Positions 10,122 to 20,287 of a stretch of DNA of 64,000 bases are shown piece after piece. Under the pieces are notes generated by a model, which was not told where the DNA came from, searched no databases, and saw only the letters and a program-made list of their open reading frames with translations. Made by a program: the position numbers and the translations under genes. The stretch comes from Candidatus Multivoradales bacterium (GTDB lineage: Bacteria > Acidobacteriota > Thermoanaerobaculia > Multivoradales > J023). How positions within the stretch are numbered: the stretch's first letter is position 1; every line of letters begins with the position of its first letter. The DNA lies in assembly GCA_965248925.1 (NCBI GenBank), contig CBDFLE010000005.1:640001-704000 (forward strand), read 5' to 3'.

Positions 10122-11201
10122 ATGATTAGACAGAGCTTCCACCGACACCTGCCAGCGCACCACGGTGGCGCTAGCGCTGCCTTTCTGGTGCTGCTGCTGG
10201 TGATGGGTGCCGTTACGGCAGGTGCTCAGAGCGTCAAAGAGCAGCTACGGCGCGAGGCCGAGCGCGCCAAGGCAGATGCTTCCGGGTCGCGGACCGTGGA
10301 TCCAACGCAGTGGCCCGCGGTGGTGGCTAAGGTCAACGGCGAGGAGATCCACCGTATCGAATTGATGACCCAGGCCGACTTGATGCGCAGTCAAGTCGTC
10401 AGATCCGGAGGCAGCGATCCGGGGGACTCGACCGCCTTCTACCGCGAAGTGCTCAGCGGTTTGGTGGGCGAGGTGTTGGTGTTTCAGCATGCTCGGGCCA
10501 CCGACAGCGACGCCACCGCAGAGGAGATTGCGCAGTCCATCGCCGGCATGCGTAGCCGCTTCGATAATCAAGCAGTTTTCGAAGCCGAGCTCGAGCGCCA
10601 AGGCACCAACAGTGAACGGTTGCAGCAGCAGGTTCATCGGGCGCTGTCGATCCAGAAGTTCATCGATCAGGTGCTGGCACCGCAGATCACTATCTCGGAG
10701 GAGGCCAAGCGGGCTTTCTACGCCCAGAACAAGGATCGCCTACAGATCCCTGAGCGACGCCGAGTGCGCCACATCATGCTGCTCGCCAGCCGCGATGCTG
10801 CCGAGGATATTCGCGCACGAGCCAATGGCCGCGCCAAGGCGCTACGGGCGCGACTCGGTGGCGAAGCGGATTTCGCCGCGATGGCGCGGGAGCATAGCGA
10901 GGACAAGAGCAGCAGTGAAGACGGTGGTGAGTTGGGATGGGTCGTCCGCAGTGGCCAGCGCCCAGAATTCGAGGCCGCGGCTTTTTCGCTGCGAGAGCCC
11001 GGCGAGATCAGCGGCGTCGTCGAGACAGCCGCCGGTTTCCACATCTTGCAGTTGGTCGAGTCGCAGCCTGCTCGGGCAAGAAGTTATGAGGAGACCGAGG
11101 AACAAATCGGCAAGCACCTCAAAGACGGCGAGATGCAGCGCGCCGTACAGCGCCAGGTCGAGACCTTACGCGGCCGAGCGCAGATCGAGATCGGCATCTA
11201 G
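10122..11201 (+). CDS. exported parvulin-type peptidyl-prolyl isomerase (SurA/PrsA-like)
   Basis: Signal peptide, VVAKVNG, VRHIML, FAAMAREHSED, GGELGW and GFHIL. Confidence 0.9.
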   Translation: MIRQSFHRHLPAHHGGASAAFLVLLLVMGAVTAGAQSVKEQLRREAERAKADASGSRTVDPTQWPAVVAKVNGEEIHRIELMTQADLMRSQVVRSGGSDPGDSTAFYREVLSGLVGEVLVFQHARATDSDATAEEIAQSIAGMRSRFDNQAVFEAELERQGTNSERLQQQVHRALSIQKFIDQVLAPQITISEEAKRAFYAQNKDRLQIPERRRVRHIMLLASRDAAEDIRARANGRAKALRARLGGEADFAAMAREHSEDKSSSEDGGELGWVVRSGQRPEFEAAAFSLREPGEISGVVETAAGFHILQLVESQPARARSYEETEEQIGKHLKDGEMQRAVQRQVETLRGRAQIEIGI

Positions 11202-13414
11202 GAGCCGGGTGACTCTGCTGGCGGCGGCGCTCGGCGAACCGTCAGCGGAGCTCGGCAGGTGATGCCGCCGTTGCGGGCCGAGAACCAAGCAACGTTCTCG
11301 TACAGCGGATCCACCTCGAGCAAGTAGCTCCCTGCTTCCTCTGGCGCGGTCACGCTCAGCCAGGTGGTTAGCTCAGCACCCGCGGCGACCGCCTGGGAGA
11401 GATCAGTGCGTTGTCCCTCGCCGGCCAGCACCTCGCCGTCAGCGCGCAGCCAGTGGTAGCTCATGCGGACTCGGGCGGCGCCGCGGGCTGGCCAGGAATA
11501 GTCGCTGATATTGCGCAGCCGGGCTAGGGCCTGCAGCTGACTACCGGCGCTGACTTCAGCAGGTGCGCTACAGCTCAGCCACTGCAAATGGAATAGATCT
11601 CGTTCGAGTTCGTCGGCGGCGCCCAACCAAGTCAACTCGGCGCCGACGGCAAAGGTGGCGGCCAACGGTGGCGCCGCCGCGGCATCTCGCCAACCGGGCC
11701 TCTCACCCGAACCAGCGCTGAGCTCCAAGCGATAGAGATAGAGTGCGCTGCCAGCGGCCGTGCGCAGTTCACGCCCCGTCCCCAGCGCCAGTCGCAGCCG
11801 TTGCGTGTCGCTGTTACCACCAGCCAGCTGCTGCTGATCCACTGACGAAGCCAGGGTAGTAGTGCTACCTTGCCGCGCCCAGCTGCGCAAGTTGATGGCG
11901 ATGTCGGTCAGCCGACGGGGGCTTTCCAACCAAAGTTCATGCGGTCGCGGTCCGGCGATAGAGAGCAGCCGATCTCTGACCAGCAAGACATCTTTCTTGG
12001 CGAACCACAGCCGGCCCTCGGGCAGCTGCTGGGCCTGCCAGCCGGGTAGTTCGGCAAGGCGCCAGATCTCGAGCGGCAACCAGCGCCAGGGGAAAGCTCG
12101 GGTGTGGGCGGCAAGGGGGCCACCTGGGGCGGCACTGCCAAAGGGTTGAAGGGTTAGGGTGAGTAGTAGAGGAGCAGCCAAAGCAAAGCCCGCCAAAGTC
12201 GCCACTTGCATTCGGCGGCTCTGACCTAGCGGACCGGCAAAGGCAAAGAACAGGGGTAAGGCCGCCAACCACCGCGGCTCGCCAAGTTCAGCCGCCAATT
12301 CCCTCTCCTCAATCTGCCCGGCGAGCAGCAGGCCATAGGCCAGCAACGCCAGCAGCAGACGCCCTCGTCGTCCGGGCGCCGAACCTAGGCCAGCCAAACC
12401 CAAGAGTAGGGCGGGGATAACGAATGGGAAGTAGGGTAGGAGTCCCCGGTAGCGGCCTGCCAAAAACGTCACCAATTGGTGACGCGGCGGCGCGGCCGGC
12501 ACCTTCTCCAGGCTTCTGGCTGACGCTAAATCCAAGGCTGTGGGTACCGTCGGACTAGAGACTCGCACGCGCAGTGCCGCGTCGCTGCTCACGGGCCAGG
12601 CGCGGCCGTTCCAGGCCAAGCTCAGCAAGGCGACCAATGCCAGAGTGGCGCCAAGTCCCAACAGCCAGCGGGCCGCCAACCGCGGGCCGCCGAGCAACAG
12701 CAACTCGACCCACAACAAGGCGCCGACCACCGCCGCCAAGGGCTGGTGGATGATCGCCAGACCGAGGACCGCACCACTCAGCACCAGCCCTCCAGGGCGT
12801 GTTCGGCGACGACCGGCGGCGGGCCACGCCAGGAACAACGCCAGCGCCACCGCTGCCAGAACCAGGATCTCGGCCCGATAGCGGAAAACGTAGGGCCAAG
12901 GCAAACCCAAAGCCAAAGCGCCGCCGGCAAAGAGCAGAGCCCCCCCGCCCAGCTTCCCGTCCTGGCTCAGTAGGCGGGCGCAGCAGTACCAGGCAAGTAG
13001 CCACAGCAGAAGATTCAGCAGCAACGGCCCGGCGGCCCCTAGCGCGGCCCAAAAAGGAGCCGCCAAAAGGGCGTAGGGCAGAGCTTGGGCGTAGGTTGGC
13101 TCCCCTTGCAGCCCGCCTTGCGGGGCAACGGCGAGGGCAATCTGCACTTCGCCGGCGTAGGGGAAGTTGGCATAGAGGGCTTCCAGGTCTGCAACATCCA
13201 GGTGCAGATCGGCTGTGTCCGCTAAGCTAGCTATCTGCAGCAACACCGTGGGTTCGGTGCCGTCCAGGCTCAACGGCCGGCCGGGCTTCTCTAGGGTCAG
13301 AGGAAAGAGCAACAGGGCGGCGGCGATAGCCGCCAGGGTAAGGCGGGTAGTAGACACCTTCAAGAGCGCTCTGGATCCGGTGGGGTGTCCCGCTTCTCGA
13401 CATCGTGGCGCCAC
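11198..13414 (-). CDS. multi-pass membrane protein (GT-C-like) with C-terminal Ig-like domain
   Basis: About 12 hydrophobic segments; C-terminal LRNISDYSWP...SYHW...RTDL...PEEAGSYLL..D..ENVAWFS module; true start probably GTG near 13357. Confidence 0.55.
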   Translation of the reverse strand: MAPRCREAGHPTGSRALLKVSTTRLTLAAIAAALLLFPLTLEKPGRPLSLDGTEPTVLLQIASLADTADLHLDVADLEALYANFPYAGEVQIALAVAPQGGLQGEPTYAQALPYALLAAPFWAALGAAGPLLLNLLLWLLAWYCCARLLSQDGKLGGGALLFAGGALALGLPWPYVFRYRAEILVLAAVALALFLAWPAAGRRRTRPGGLVLSGAVLGLAIIHQPLAAVVGALLWVELLLLGGPRLAARWLLGLGATLALVALLSLAWNGRAWPVSSDAALRVRVSSPTVPTALDLASARSLEKVPAAPPRHQLVTFLAGRYRGLLPYFPFVIPALLLGLAGLGSAPGRRGRLLLALLAYGLLLAGQIEERELAAELGEPRWLAALPLFFAFAGPLGQSRRMQVATLAGFALAAPLLLTLTLQPFGSAAPGGPLAAHTRAFPWRWLPLEIWRLAELPGWQAQQLPEGRLWFAKKDVLLVRDRLLSIAGPRPHELWLESPRRLTDIAINLRSWARQGSTTTLASSVDQQQLAGGNSDTQRLRLALGTGRELRTAAGSALYLYRLELSAGSGERPGWRDAAAAPPLAATFAVGAELTWLGAADELERDLFHLQWLSCSAPAEVSAGSQLQALARLRNISDYSWPARGAARVRMSYHWLRADGEVLAGEGQRTDLSQAVAAGAELTTWLSVTAPEEAGSYLLEVDPLYENVAWFSARNGGITCRAPLTVRRAPPPAESPGS

Positions 13415-14466
13415 CTACGCATGCTCTCCAAGCGGCGTTCGCGCAACTTGATCGCCTCGGCTCGGAGATCGATCACCCGATCCGACTCGTCGAGAATCTC
13501 TACTCCCAAGGTGGTCTCGACCAAGTCTTCCAAGGTCACCAGGCCGCTGATGCCACCGTATTCGTCGGTGATCAGAGCAAGATGCTCGCGAGTTTCGATC
13601 AAGCGACGCATCACCCGACCGATCACCTGGCCTTCTTGGATAAAGAGAGCCTTGCGCAGGAATTTTGTGATCGGAGTCTGGGGATCCTGGTCGTTGGCTG
13701 CCGCGAGCAGCACATCCCGTTGCAATACGAACCCCGTCACGTTGTCGTGGTTGTCTTTGTACAGTGGAATGCGGGAGAAAACCAACGTGTCTTCAGCGGC
13801 CAGAAAATCCGCGATAGTGGCCTCTGCCGGCAACATGCCGATCACCGTCCGCGGGGTCATGATGTCCTCGACCTTGATCTCGCCGAGGCGCAGAACGTTG
13901 CTCATCAACTTCGAATCTGCCGCTGGCAGTGAGCCTTCTCGAGCCGCCAAATTGACCATCGCCGCCAACTCGGCGCGAGAAATGCTGGAGGATTCTTCCT
14001 TGCGCGCTAGCGAGCGGGTGATGAACCGCAGCACCCAGAGGGCAGGTTTGAGCAGTATGGTGAGCCAATGGGTGACCCGCGCCACAAAGCCGACCAGCTG
14101 CGAGGCGTACACCGTGCCGAGGGTCTTGGGGATGATCTCGGTCACTACCAACATCAGCAAAGTCAGCAGGCCGCCGAACAATCCCACCCAGGCGTCACCG
14201 TAGATCGCTGCAACTTGGGCGCCCGCAAGCGCCGCGCCACTGGTATGAGATACCGTGTTCAGGGTCAGGATCGCGCTGATCGCATCGTCCAGGCGATCTT
14301 GTTTGAGTTCGAACAATAGGGCCGCGCCGCGATCTCCCTTGCCCCGGCGGTGCTCGAGTTCCGGCAATCTGGAGGACAGTAGTGTTGCCTCCAAGACCGA
14401 GCACAGAAACGACAGCGTCAGGGTCGCCGCCACGGTGGCGACCAAGATCATCAGGGTCAAACTCAT
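13360..14466 (-). CDS. CNNM/DUF21-CBS domain protein (hemolysin/CorC family)
   Basis: SFLCSVLEA, EIIPKT, IMTPRT, FSRIP and DEYGG..GLVTLED. Confidence 0.92.
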   Translation of the reverse strand: MSLTLMILVATVAATLTLSFLCSVLEATLLSSRLPELEHRRGKGDRGAALLFELKQDRLDDAISAILTLNTVSHTSGAALAGAQVAAIYGDAWVGLFGGLLTLLMLVVTEIIPKTLGTVYASQLVGFVARVTHWLTILLKPALWVLRFITRSLARKEESSSISRAELAAMVNLAAREGSLPAADSKLMSNVLRLGEIKVEDIMTPRTVIGMLPAEATIADFLAAEDTLVFSRIPLYKDNHDNVTGFVLQRDVLLAAANDQDPQTPITKFLRKALFIQEGQVIGRVMRRLIETREHLALITDEYGGISGLVTLEDLVETTLGVEILDESDRVIDLRAEAIKLRERRLESMRRWRHDVEKRDTPPDPERS

Positions 14467-14544
14467 GCCAGTTGGGTCCTCATTTCTGCTCCCCGATCAT
14501 ACCCAAGATCAGTGATCGGCGTCGGGCGGCTTGCGGGGTCGGCC

Positions 14545-15510
14545 TCAACCCTTCGGGTCGGGCTCCACCCAGGTGCCAGTCTTGCCCGCCATGGCGTCGA
14601 TCAAGGTGTCGGCGTCGGTGATCAGCGCTTTGCTGCCGGTGTGTTCGACAAAGCGGCACGCGGCCTCCATTTTGGGCCCCATGCTGCCGGCGGGGAATTG
14701 GCCGGCGGCCAGGTGCAGGCGCGCTTCGCTGGCCGACAGGCGGGCCAGAGGACGCTCGTTTGGCTGACCGAAATTGAGCACCACTTGGGTCACGCCAGTG
14801 AGGATGAAGAGTTCACTCGCTCGCACCTGCTCGGCCAGCACCTGAGAAGTGAAGTCCTTGTCGATCACCGCCTCAACGCCGCGCAACAGTCCCCGCTCGC
14901 TGCGCGCCACCGGTATGCCGCCACCGCCGGTGACGATTACCAAAGCTCCGGAGTCCACCAAGACCTGGATCTGATCACACCCGATAATATTGATCGGCAA
15001 TGGCGAAGGCACCACTCGCCGCCAGCCGCGCCCGATGTCTTCGCGCATCAGCCAGCCTTGCTGCTGGCTTAGCTCGCTTGCTTCGTCGCCAGTATAGGCC
15101 GAACCGACAAACTTGCTCGGTTGGTCCAGGGCCGGGTCAGTGGGATCGATCTCGACCATCGTCATCAGAGCACAGACAGGAGTTTCCAGACCACGTGCCA
15201 GCAGCTCGTTGCGCAGCACCCTTTCGATCATGTAGCCCATTCCGCCTTGCAGGTCGGCGACCACAATGTCCAAGGGAAGCTCAGGTGCTTGGCCGCGGGC
15301 TAGTTCGACGCGGATCATCTGGTTGCCGACCTGCGGTCCGTTGCCGTGGGTGAGAACGACTTGGTAACCTCGCTGCACTAACTCGGCAATGATCTGCAAG
15401 CTGCGCCGCAGATTGCGATAGTCCTGCTCGACACTATCGTCGGTTCCTGCTCGGGTGATGGCGTTGCCGCCGATTGCTACCACGACTCGACGGTCGACAG
15501 CTGGCTGCAT
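14545..15510 (-). CDS. arcC: carbamate kinase
   Basis: VAIGGNA, THGNGPQVG, RRVVPSP, GGGGIPV, VEAVIDKD and GSMGPK; start taken at ATG 15510. Confidence 0.95.
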   Translation of the reverse strand: MQPAVDRRVVVAIGGNAITRAGTDDSVEQDYRNLRRSLQIIAELVQRGYQVVLTHGNGPQVGNQMIRVELARGQAPELPLDIVVADLQGGMGYMIERVLRNELLARGLETPVCALMTMVEIDPTDPALDQPSKFVGSAYTGDEASELSQQQGWLMREDIGRGWRRVVPSPLPINIIGCDQIQVLVDSGALVIVTGGGGIPVARSERGLLRGVEAVIDKDFTSQVLAEQVRASELFILTGVTQVVLNFGQPNERPLARLSASEARLHLAAGQFPAGSMGPKMEAACRFVEHTGSKALITDADTLIDAMAGKTGTWVEPDPKG

Positions 15511-15705
15511 GGGAAGGGCTCCTGAGTCTCGAACACTCGCCGGGGATTCTGGAGGCGGTATTGTAAGCCAATCGGAGGTATGAGAACAGGCCCCGCGCGA
15601 TCGGCCCTTGGCCGCCAGTCGGCCGTCGTTGGCGGCCTGAGGAGACAAGAGCTGCCGTACACGATAGACTTCCCCGGTGAGGGTAGTAGGGGGAAGAAAA
15701 AGCTG

Positions 15706-15767
15706 GCCAGCATGGCAACTAACCGGCGCGGCAACTGACCGGCGCACTAGTTAGCCAGTATGGCAAC
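15706..15767. repeat. short direct repeats in the divergent arcC / response regulator intergenic region
   Basis: ggcaactaaccggcgc and ggcaactgaccggcgc in tandem (15714-15745); gccagcatggcaac and gccagtatggcaac at 15706 and 15754. Confidence 0.5.
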
Positions 15768-16029
15768 AGCTTGGTCTCGGTGATCGCCAACTGCAACTGC
15801 ACTTGAATAGAGCGATCGCATTGAGCGCATTCGAGTTTCTCGTCGCAGTCCAGCGGGCTGGCTGGTGAGGCGTCCGCTTCTCGCGGACCGGCGCTGGCCA
15901 TTCCCCCCCCAAATGCAGCCCGCTGCATGCCGCGGTGCTAGGGTTCAGTACTGTCAAGCGGCAGAGTATCTGAGTACAATTGCGTTACGTCTCTTCTCGT
16001 AGCGAGCAAACTTAGGGAGTCAGGCCGCA

Positions 16030-16722
16030 ATGGGGAAAAAGATCCGCGTACTGGTGGCAGAAAGGCAGCCAGCGACCCGCGAACAGATCCAGAAGTTGAT
16101 CGCCGAGCAGGTGGAGATGGAGGTGGTCAATGTGGCGACCTCAATGGATGAGATTTTCAGTCAGACCGAGCAGGATCCACCGGACGTTCTGCTGCTCGAT
16201 CTGAGCATGCCAGGCAGCGGTTTGCGCGCCCTCGAGCAGCTCGCCGAGTTGCGGCCTGGGATGCGGGTCATCGTCTTGGCGACCCACGTAGAGACGACGC
16301 TTTTGCGTTCGGTACTGGCCTTCGGCTCGCTGGGCTACGTGGTGCACAAAGACAACCACCGCGAGCTGCTGTCGTCGATCAAAAAGATCTGCAGCGGCCG
16401 TTCCTACATCGACGTACCCACCGGTGGCCTGCAACTACCGCCAGGACTAGATCCACGATCACCGAGGTTCGAAGAAGTGCGAGGCAAGTTGGCATTGCTG
16501 AGCAAACGCGAGAGCGAGGTTCTAGAAGCGGTTGCCTTTGGCTACACCAACCGCGAGATCGCCGCTCGCATCGGAGTCAGCGTCAAGAGCGTTGAGACCT
16601 ACCGCTATCGCTTGGCGGAGAAACTCCAGTTCAAAAGCCGCGCGGACCTGGTGCGTTTTTCCCTTGAAGCAGGACTCTTGCAGGTTGGCAAAGAGGTCTT
16701 CGACGGTCCTCTGCCCTCTTAG
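16030..16722 (+). CDS. NarL/LuxR family response regulator
   Basis: REC domain (PDVLLLDLSMP) and LuxR HTH (LSKRESEVL..GYTNREIA..ISVKSVETYR). Confidence 0.93.
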   Translation: MGKKIRVLVAERQPATREQIQKLIAEQVEMEVVNVATSMDEIFSQTEQDPPDVLLLDLSMPGSGLRALEQLAELRPGMRVIVLATHVETTLLRSVLAFGSLGYVVHKDNHRELLSSIKKICSGRSYIDVPTGGLQLPPGLDPRSPRFEEVRGKLALLSKRESEVLEAVAFGYTNREIAARIGVSVKSVETYRYRLAEKLQFKSRADLVRFSLEAGLLQVGKEVFDGPLPS

Positions 16723-16814
16723 CAGCCAGGGCAGGAGGCAAGTAACCTCCAGCCTCGAGCCACCGTACCTCGGCCCTTTTCTCACTTTCAGAATCGCTAG
16801 ATAGTTTCTCGCGC

Positions 16815-17528
16815 CTATTGCTCGATGGGATCGAATTCGGCGAAACCGGCCAAGGCATGGGCTGAAAAGCTGCCTTCGGAGATCCAGTCCCGCAAGAAAA
16901 AGCCATGGTCTAGCATCGGCAGGGCATTGTTGTCTGGCCGTCGGATGTTGGTCATGGTGAAGGCAAAGTCCTCTTGCAGCGCCACCGCACCGTCATTCAC
17001 TCCAACACCTTGCAACAGCGGGTAAGTGGTGAACTTGATCGACCGATCCACCGCCTCGGAACTCTGCAAGGTAGCGGTCGCGCCGAGAGTCGCGATGTTC
17101 GGTGAAAGGGAAGTCAGGAGCGCATTCTCAAAGCTGATTGCCAGTAAATTCTGACCGCTACCATTGAGGCGGAAAGAGGCTACGCCGTCGACATCCCAGC
17201 TATGCACCCAATTGCCGCCACGGGCGCTCAGCGTGTAGCCGCTGATGTGACCGACGAAGGTGAAAGTGGCGGGGAAGATCACCACGCTGCCGCTGCCGTC
17301 GTTGTTGAGGTCGATCATCAGGTCCACATTGACCGCCGAATCAACGCTGAAAGCCGCGGCGTCGTTCAAATCGGCCGGCATTGAGCCGCCGGAGTTGCCG
17401 CGAAAGGTGGGCCCATCGTGATTGTCGTCCGACGCGAAGCTGAATGTAATCGCCGCCACCGGCGATGTGGCCAATAACACGCCAATAGCCAGAACGCAGA
17501 GCCAGCTGGATAAGGATCGTAGTTGCAT
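16815..17528 (-). CDS. secreted beta-rich hypothetical protein
   Basis: Signal peptide ending VAA, then ITFSFASDDNHDGPTF; RBS gaggagg before ATG 17528. Confidence 0.7.
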   Translation of the reverse strand: MQLRSLSSWLCVLAIGVLLATSPVAAITFSFASDDNHDGPTFRGNSGGSMPADLNDAAAFSVDSAVNVDLMIDLNNDGSGSVVIFPATFTFVGHISGYTLSARGGNWVHSWDVDGVASFRLNGSGQNLLAISFENALLTSLSPNIATLGATATLQSSEAVDRSIKFTTYPLLQGVGVNDGAVALQEDFAFTMTNIRRPDNNALPMLDHGFFLRDWISEGSFSAHALAGFAEFDPIEQ

Positions 17529-17748
17529 GAGCTTCCTCCTCAGAAAGCCGTGGTTTGCCCCAGAAAGTGAGCTGAGCAACACATGTTAGCAATCTCTGAC
17601 TTGCCACGGCGATGCAGGAGATTTCTCTCGCTCTGCCGTTTCACTCGCCAGCGAAGCGCGCCTCCGCTGAATCAGCCGCGGCGTCGGGAACACATTCGCT
17701 GGGCAAAGAATTGGAACCAAAACGAGGCAAAGACGGTCCAATATCTAG

Positions 17749-18234
17749 ATGAACCTACTCGATCTTCTGCGCCATGAAGCGCCGCTGAGTCTGGATGGCT
17801 TGACGGCAGGCGTAGCTCTCTTTTGGCCGGTCATCGGAGCCGAGATCCTAGCGGTCGGCAGCCGCTATCGTGGTACGACTAGACGCGGTAGCGTGGCAGA
17901 GGCCCTCTGGCCTCTGCTGCAAGGGCGGCTACTGCTACCAATTCTTCTGTGGGGCCTGATTTCAACTCGCTCGCTTTCAAGGGCGGTCTGGTACGCAAGT
18001 GTTTCGCACGGCCCCTCGTGGGAAGAACTCTTGACCTCCTTGGCGCTATCCATGTTCCACGGCGGCCTATTGCTGGCCACGGTGATGAGCCTTCGCACTG
18101 TGTGGCTTTCACCTCGCGGCCTGCTTGCGGCTCACACTGGCTTGACCGGAGTCCATCGAATCACCTTTCAAATCGTGCTGACTTCGGTAGTCTTCTTACA
18201 GGTTCTCATTCTGCTGATTCTCACCCGACTCTGA
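17749..18234 (+). CDS. hypothetical membrane protein
   Basis: 161-aa ORF with about four hydrophobic segments, filling the intergenic gap. Confidence 0.55.
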   Translation: MNLLDLLRHEAPLSLDGLTAGVALFWPVIGAEILAVGSRYRGTTRRGSVAEALWPLLQGRLLLPILLWGLISTRSLSRAVWYASVSHGPSWEELLTSLALSMFHGGLLLATVMSLRTVWLSPRGLLAAHTGLTGVHRITFQIVLTSVVFLQVLILLILTRL

Positions 18235-18395
18235 CTTGCCAACTGAAGTTGCCGCTAGGAGATCGCCAAGGAAACAGCGTCCTTGGGTTGGCGGTAGGCT
18301 CACCAGGAGCGGCGCCACGAGATTTCTTCATCAGGGGGGCAAGATTGCTAACACTACCCAGGCGAGGGTCCAGGAGGAGTCAATTCCTGGCTTGG

Positions 18396-20282
18396 TCAAT
18401 CTCCCAACAGCAGTTTGAGTCCTTCGATCTTCTGATTGATCTCCCCTAAGCCAAGATCGCGGTAGCGGTTGGGTAGGAAGCGGCTGTCGGTGCATTCCTT
18501 GGTGGCCACCAAATCCATCAACTGCAAGCGCTCGATGTGGGCCGAGGGGCGCATCTCCTCGATCACCCCGGAGACTATTTCGGCCACCGGCTTGGCACTC
18601 TCGCCTTCATCTTGGGTCGCGTGTAAGCGCAAGGCGCGCACCAGGATGCCTTCCATCTCGTTACCGCCGATCTGGTTGTTGTCGGGCAGGGGAGGCAGGT
18701 CTTGTTGGTCGATCTCGAGTCCGACTTTGCGAGTCATGGCCCAGAACAGCTCGTGACGGCTCTCGGCGTCGCCAGGGGGGAAGAGGGGAATGTGCACATC
18801 GAGCCGGCCTTGGCGCTTGAGGTCGACCTCCAGCAGGTCGGGGCGGCTGGTGGCGAAGACCCACAAGATCTTGCCGCGGTTGCGGGTGTCGCTCATCTCC
18901 TTGGCCAGCATGCCGTAAATGCGGCCGGAAAGGCCCGAATCACTCGAATCGCCGCCTCGCTTGCCGGTCATCTGATCGGCTTCGTCGACGAAGACGATCA
19001 CCTGGCCCAGAGCGCGCAAGATGGTGAAGATGCGCTCCAGGTTGCCCTCGGTGGCACCCACCCAACGTTCGCGAAAGTTTTTCATTTCGACCACCGGGAT
19101 GCCGACTTCTCCGGCCCAGCAAGTCACTAAGAAAGTCTTGCCGGTGCCGATGCGACCGCAGAGCAAGTAACCCATGGGCAGGGCGCGAGTGCGGCCGGCT
19201 TTGAGCAAGGCGGCGTCTTGGCGCAACCAGGCTTTGGCCTCGTGATGGCCGGCGACATCGTCGAGGGTGCGCTTCGACTCGATGAAGGCAATGCGGCCGA
19301 AGGCCTCCTTCTCGATCAGCTCTTTCTTCACTCGCGTCAAGTAGTCGCTGGTGATGCGCTCGTCGCCTTCGAGAGCCCGCCGCACCAGGGAGCGGACGTT
19401 GACCCGCGACAGGCCTACCAACTTGGCGGCCAAGGCTTCACGATCGACTTCGCAAACATGCTCGAAGTCTGCCACCTGGTCGGTTAGGTGGTGGACGAAG
19501 CGGCGGATCTCAGCCGCCTTGGGCAGAGTCAGTTTGATTTTTGACGAATAAGGGCTCTCGACCAGCAGCCGGTTGAGATCGGCCAGGTTCTCGGTGATCA
19601 GTACGTTGGCGATCACCGCCTGGGTGATCGACGGATCGGAGCCCCAGTCGAGCAGCCGAATCAGGGTCTGGCTGAGATCACCCGAGAGGTGCAGGGCTTC
19701 GCCCTGGGGGGCGATGAAGTGGGCATAGTCGATCACCACGGCTACTTTCAGTGGCGCCCGCACCCGCTGACCCTGGTCGTCGAGGTCGGTGCGGTGCTGG
19801 CTGCCGCGGATGAAGCGATCGATGATCTCCAACGCCCGCTTGGCGTCGCGCGGCAGCTGGTTGGCTAGGTTCAGGGTCTCCATCTTGTCCTTGCCGGTGC
19901 TGGGCAGGGAGGCCCAAGAGGTACCCTGGAAGGTGTCAAAGGCCTTGAGGAAACGATGCACATGGTCGCCGCCCTTGCGCACCCGGATGCCGCGGCCGCG
20001 GTCGTAGTGCAGCACGACATCGAAGGGAGCGAACATCACCTCGGTGAGGAAGGTGCGCAGCGAGACGTAACGCTCTCCCTTGGCCCCGGTGGCGGCCGGC
20101 GCGGCGACTTCGTCGGCATCGCCAAACGCATCACGGCGCGGATCGCCGGCTAGAGGGCCCGCCGGCGCTGGCGCCGGCACCAGATCAGCGACGTTGCCAT
20201 AGAGGATGAACTGGCTCGCCGAACCGCTGCGAAAGACATTGCGCATTTCCCCGGCCCAGGCCGGCAAGGAGGCTTCGCTCAT
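18396..20282 (-). CDS. classical-clade AAA+ ATPase with degenerate N-terminal P-loop domain
   Basis: Walker A GRIGTGKT, pore loop ERWVGATE, Walker B IVFVDE and SRH ATSRPDLLEVDLKRQGRLD. Confidence 0.9.
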   Translation of the reverse strand: MSEASLPAWAGEMRNVFRSGSASQFILYGNVADLVPAPAPAGPLAGDPRRDAFGDADEVAAPAATGAKGERYVSLRTFLTEVMFAPFDVVLHYDRGRGIRVRKGGDHVHRFLKAFDTFQGTSWASLPSTGKDKMETLNLANQLPRDAKRALEIIDRFIRGSQHRTDLDDQGQRVRAPLKVAVVIDYAHFIAPQGEALHLSGDLSQTLIRLLDWGSDPSITQAVIANVLITENLADLNRLLVESPYSSKIKLTLPKAAEIRRFVHHLTDQVADFEHVCEVDREALAAKLVGLSRVNVRSLVRRALEGDERITSDYLTRVKKELIEKEAFGRIAFIESKRTLDDVAGHHEAKAWLRQDAALLKAGRTRALPMGYLLCGRIGTGKTFLVTCWAGEVGIPVVEMKNFRERWVGATEGNLERIFTILRALGQVIVFVDEADQMTGKRGGDSSDSGLSGRIYGMLAKEMSDTRNRGKILWVFATSRPDLLEVDLKRQGRLDVHIPLFPPGDAESRHELFWAMTRKVGLEIDQQDLPPLPDNNQIGGNEMEGILVRALRLHATQDEGESAKPVAEIVSGVIEEMRPSAHIERLQLMDLVATKECTDSRFLPNRYRDLGLGEINQKIEGLKLLLGD

Positions 20283-20287
20283 CGGGT

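Noticed and set aside
14545-15510. arcC without arcA/arcB as a novel pathway
   Set aside because: Stand-alone carbamate kinases are common and partners may lie elsewhere in the genome.
14545-15747. Long N-terminal extensions of arcC, and similarly mtaB, prfC, pspA and rnd, in the ORF track
   Set aside because: Family motifs and RBS positions support later starts.
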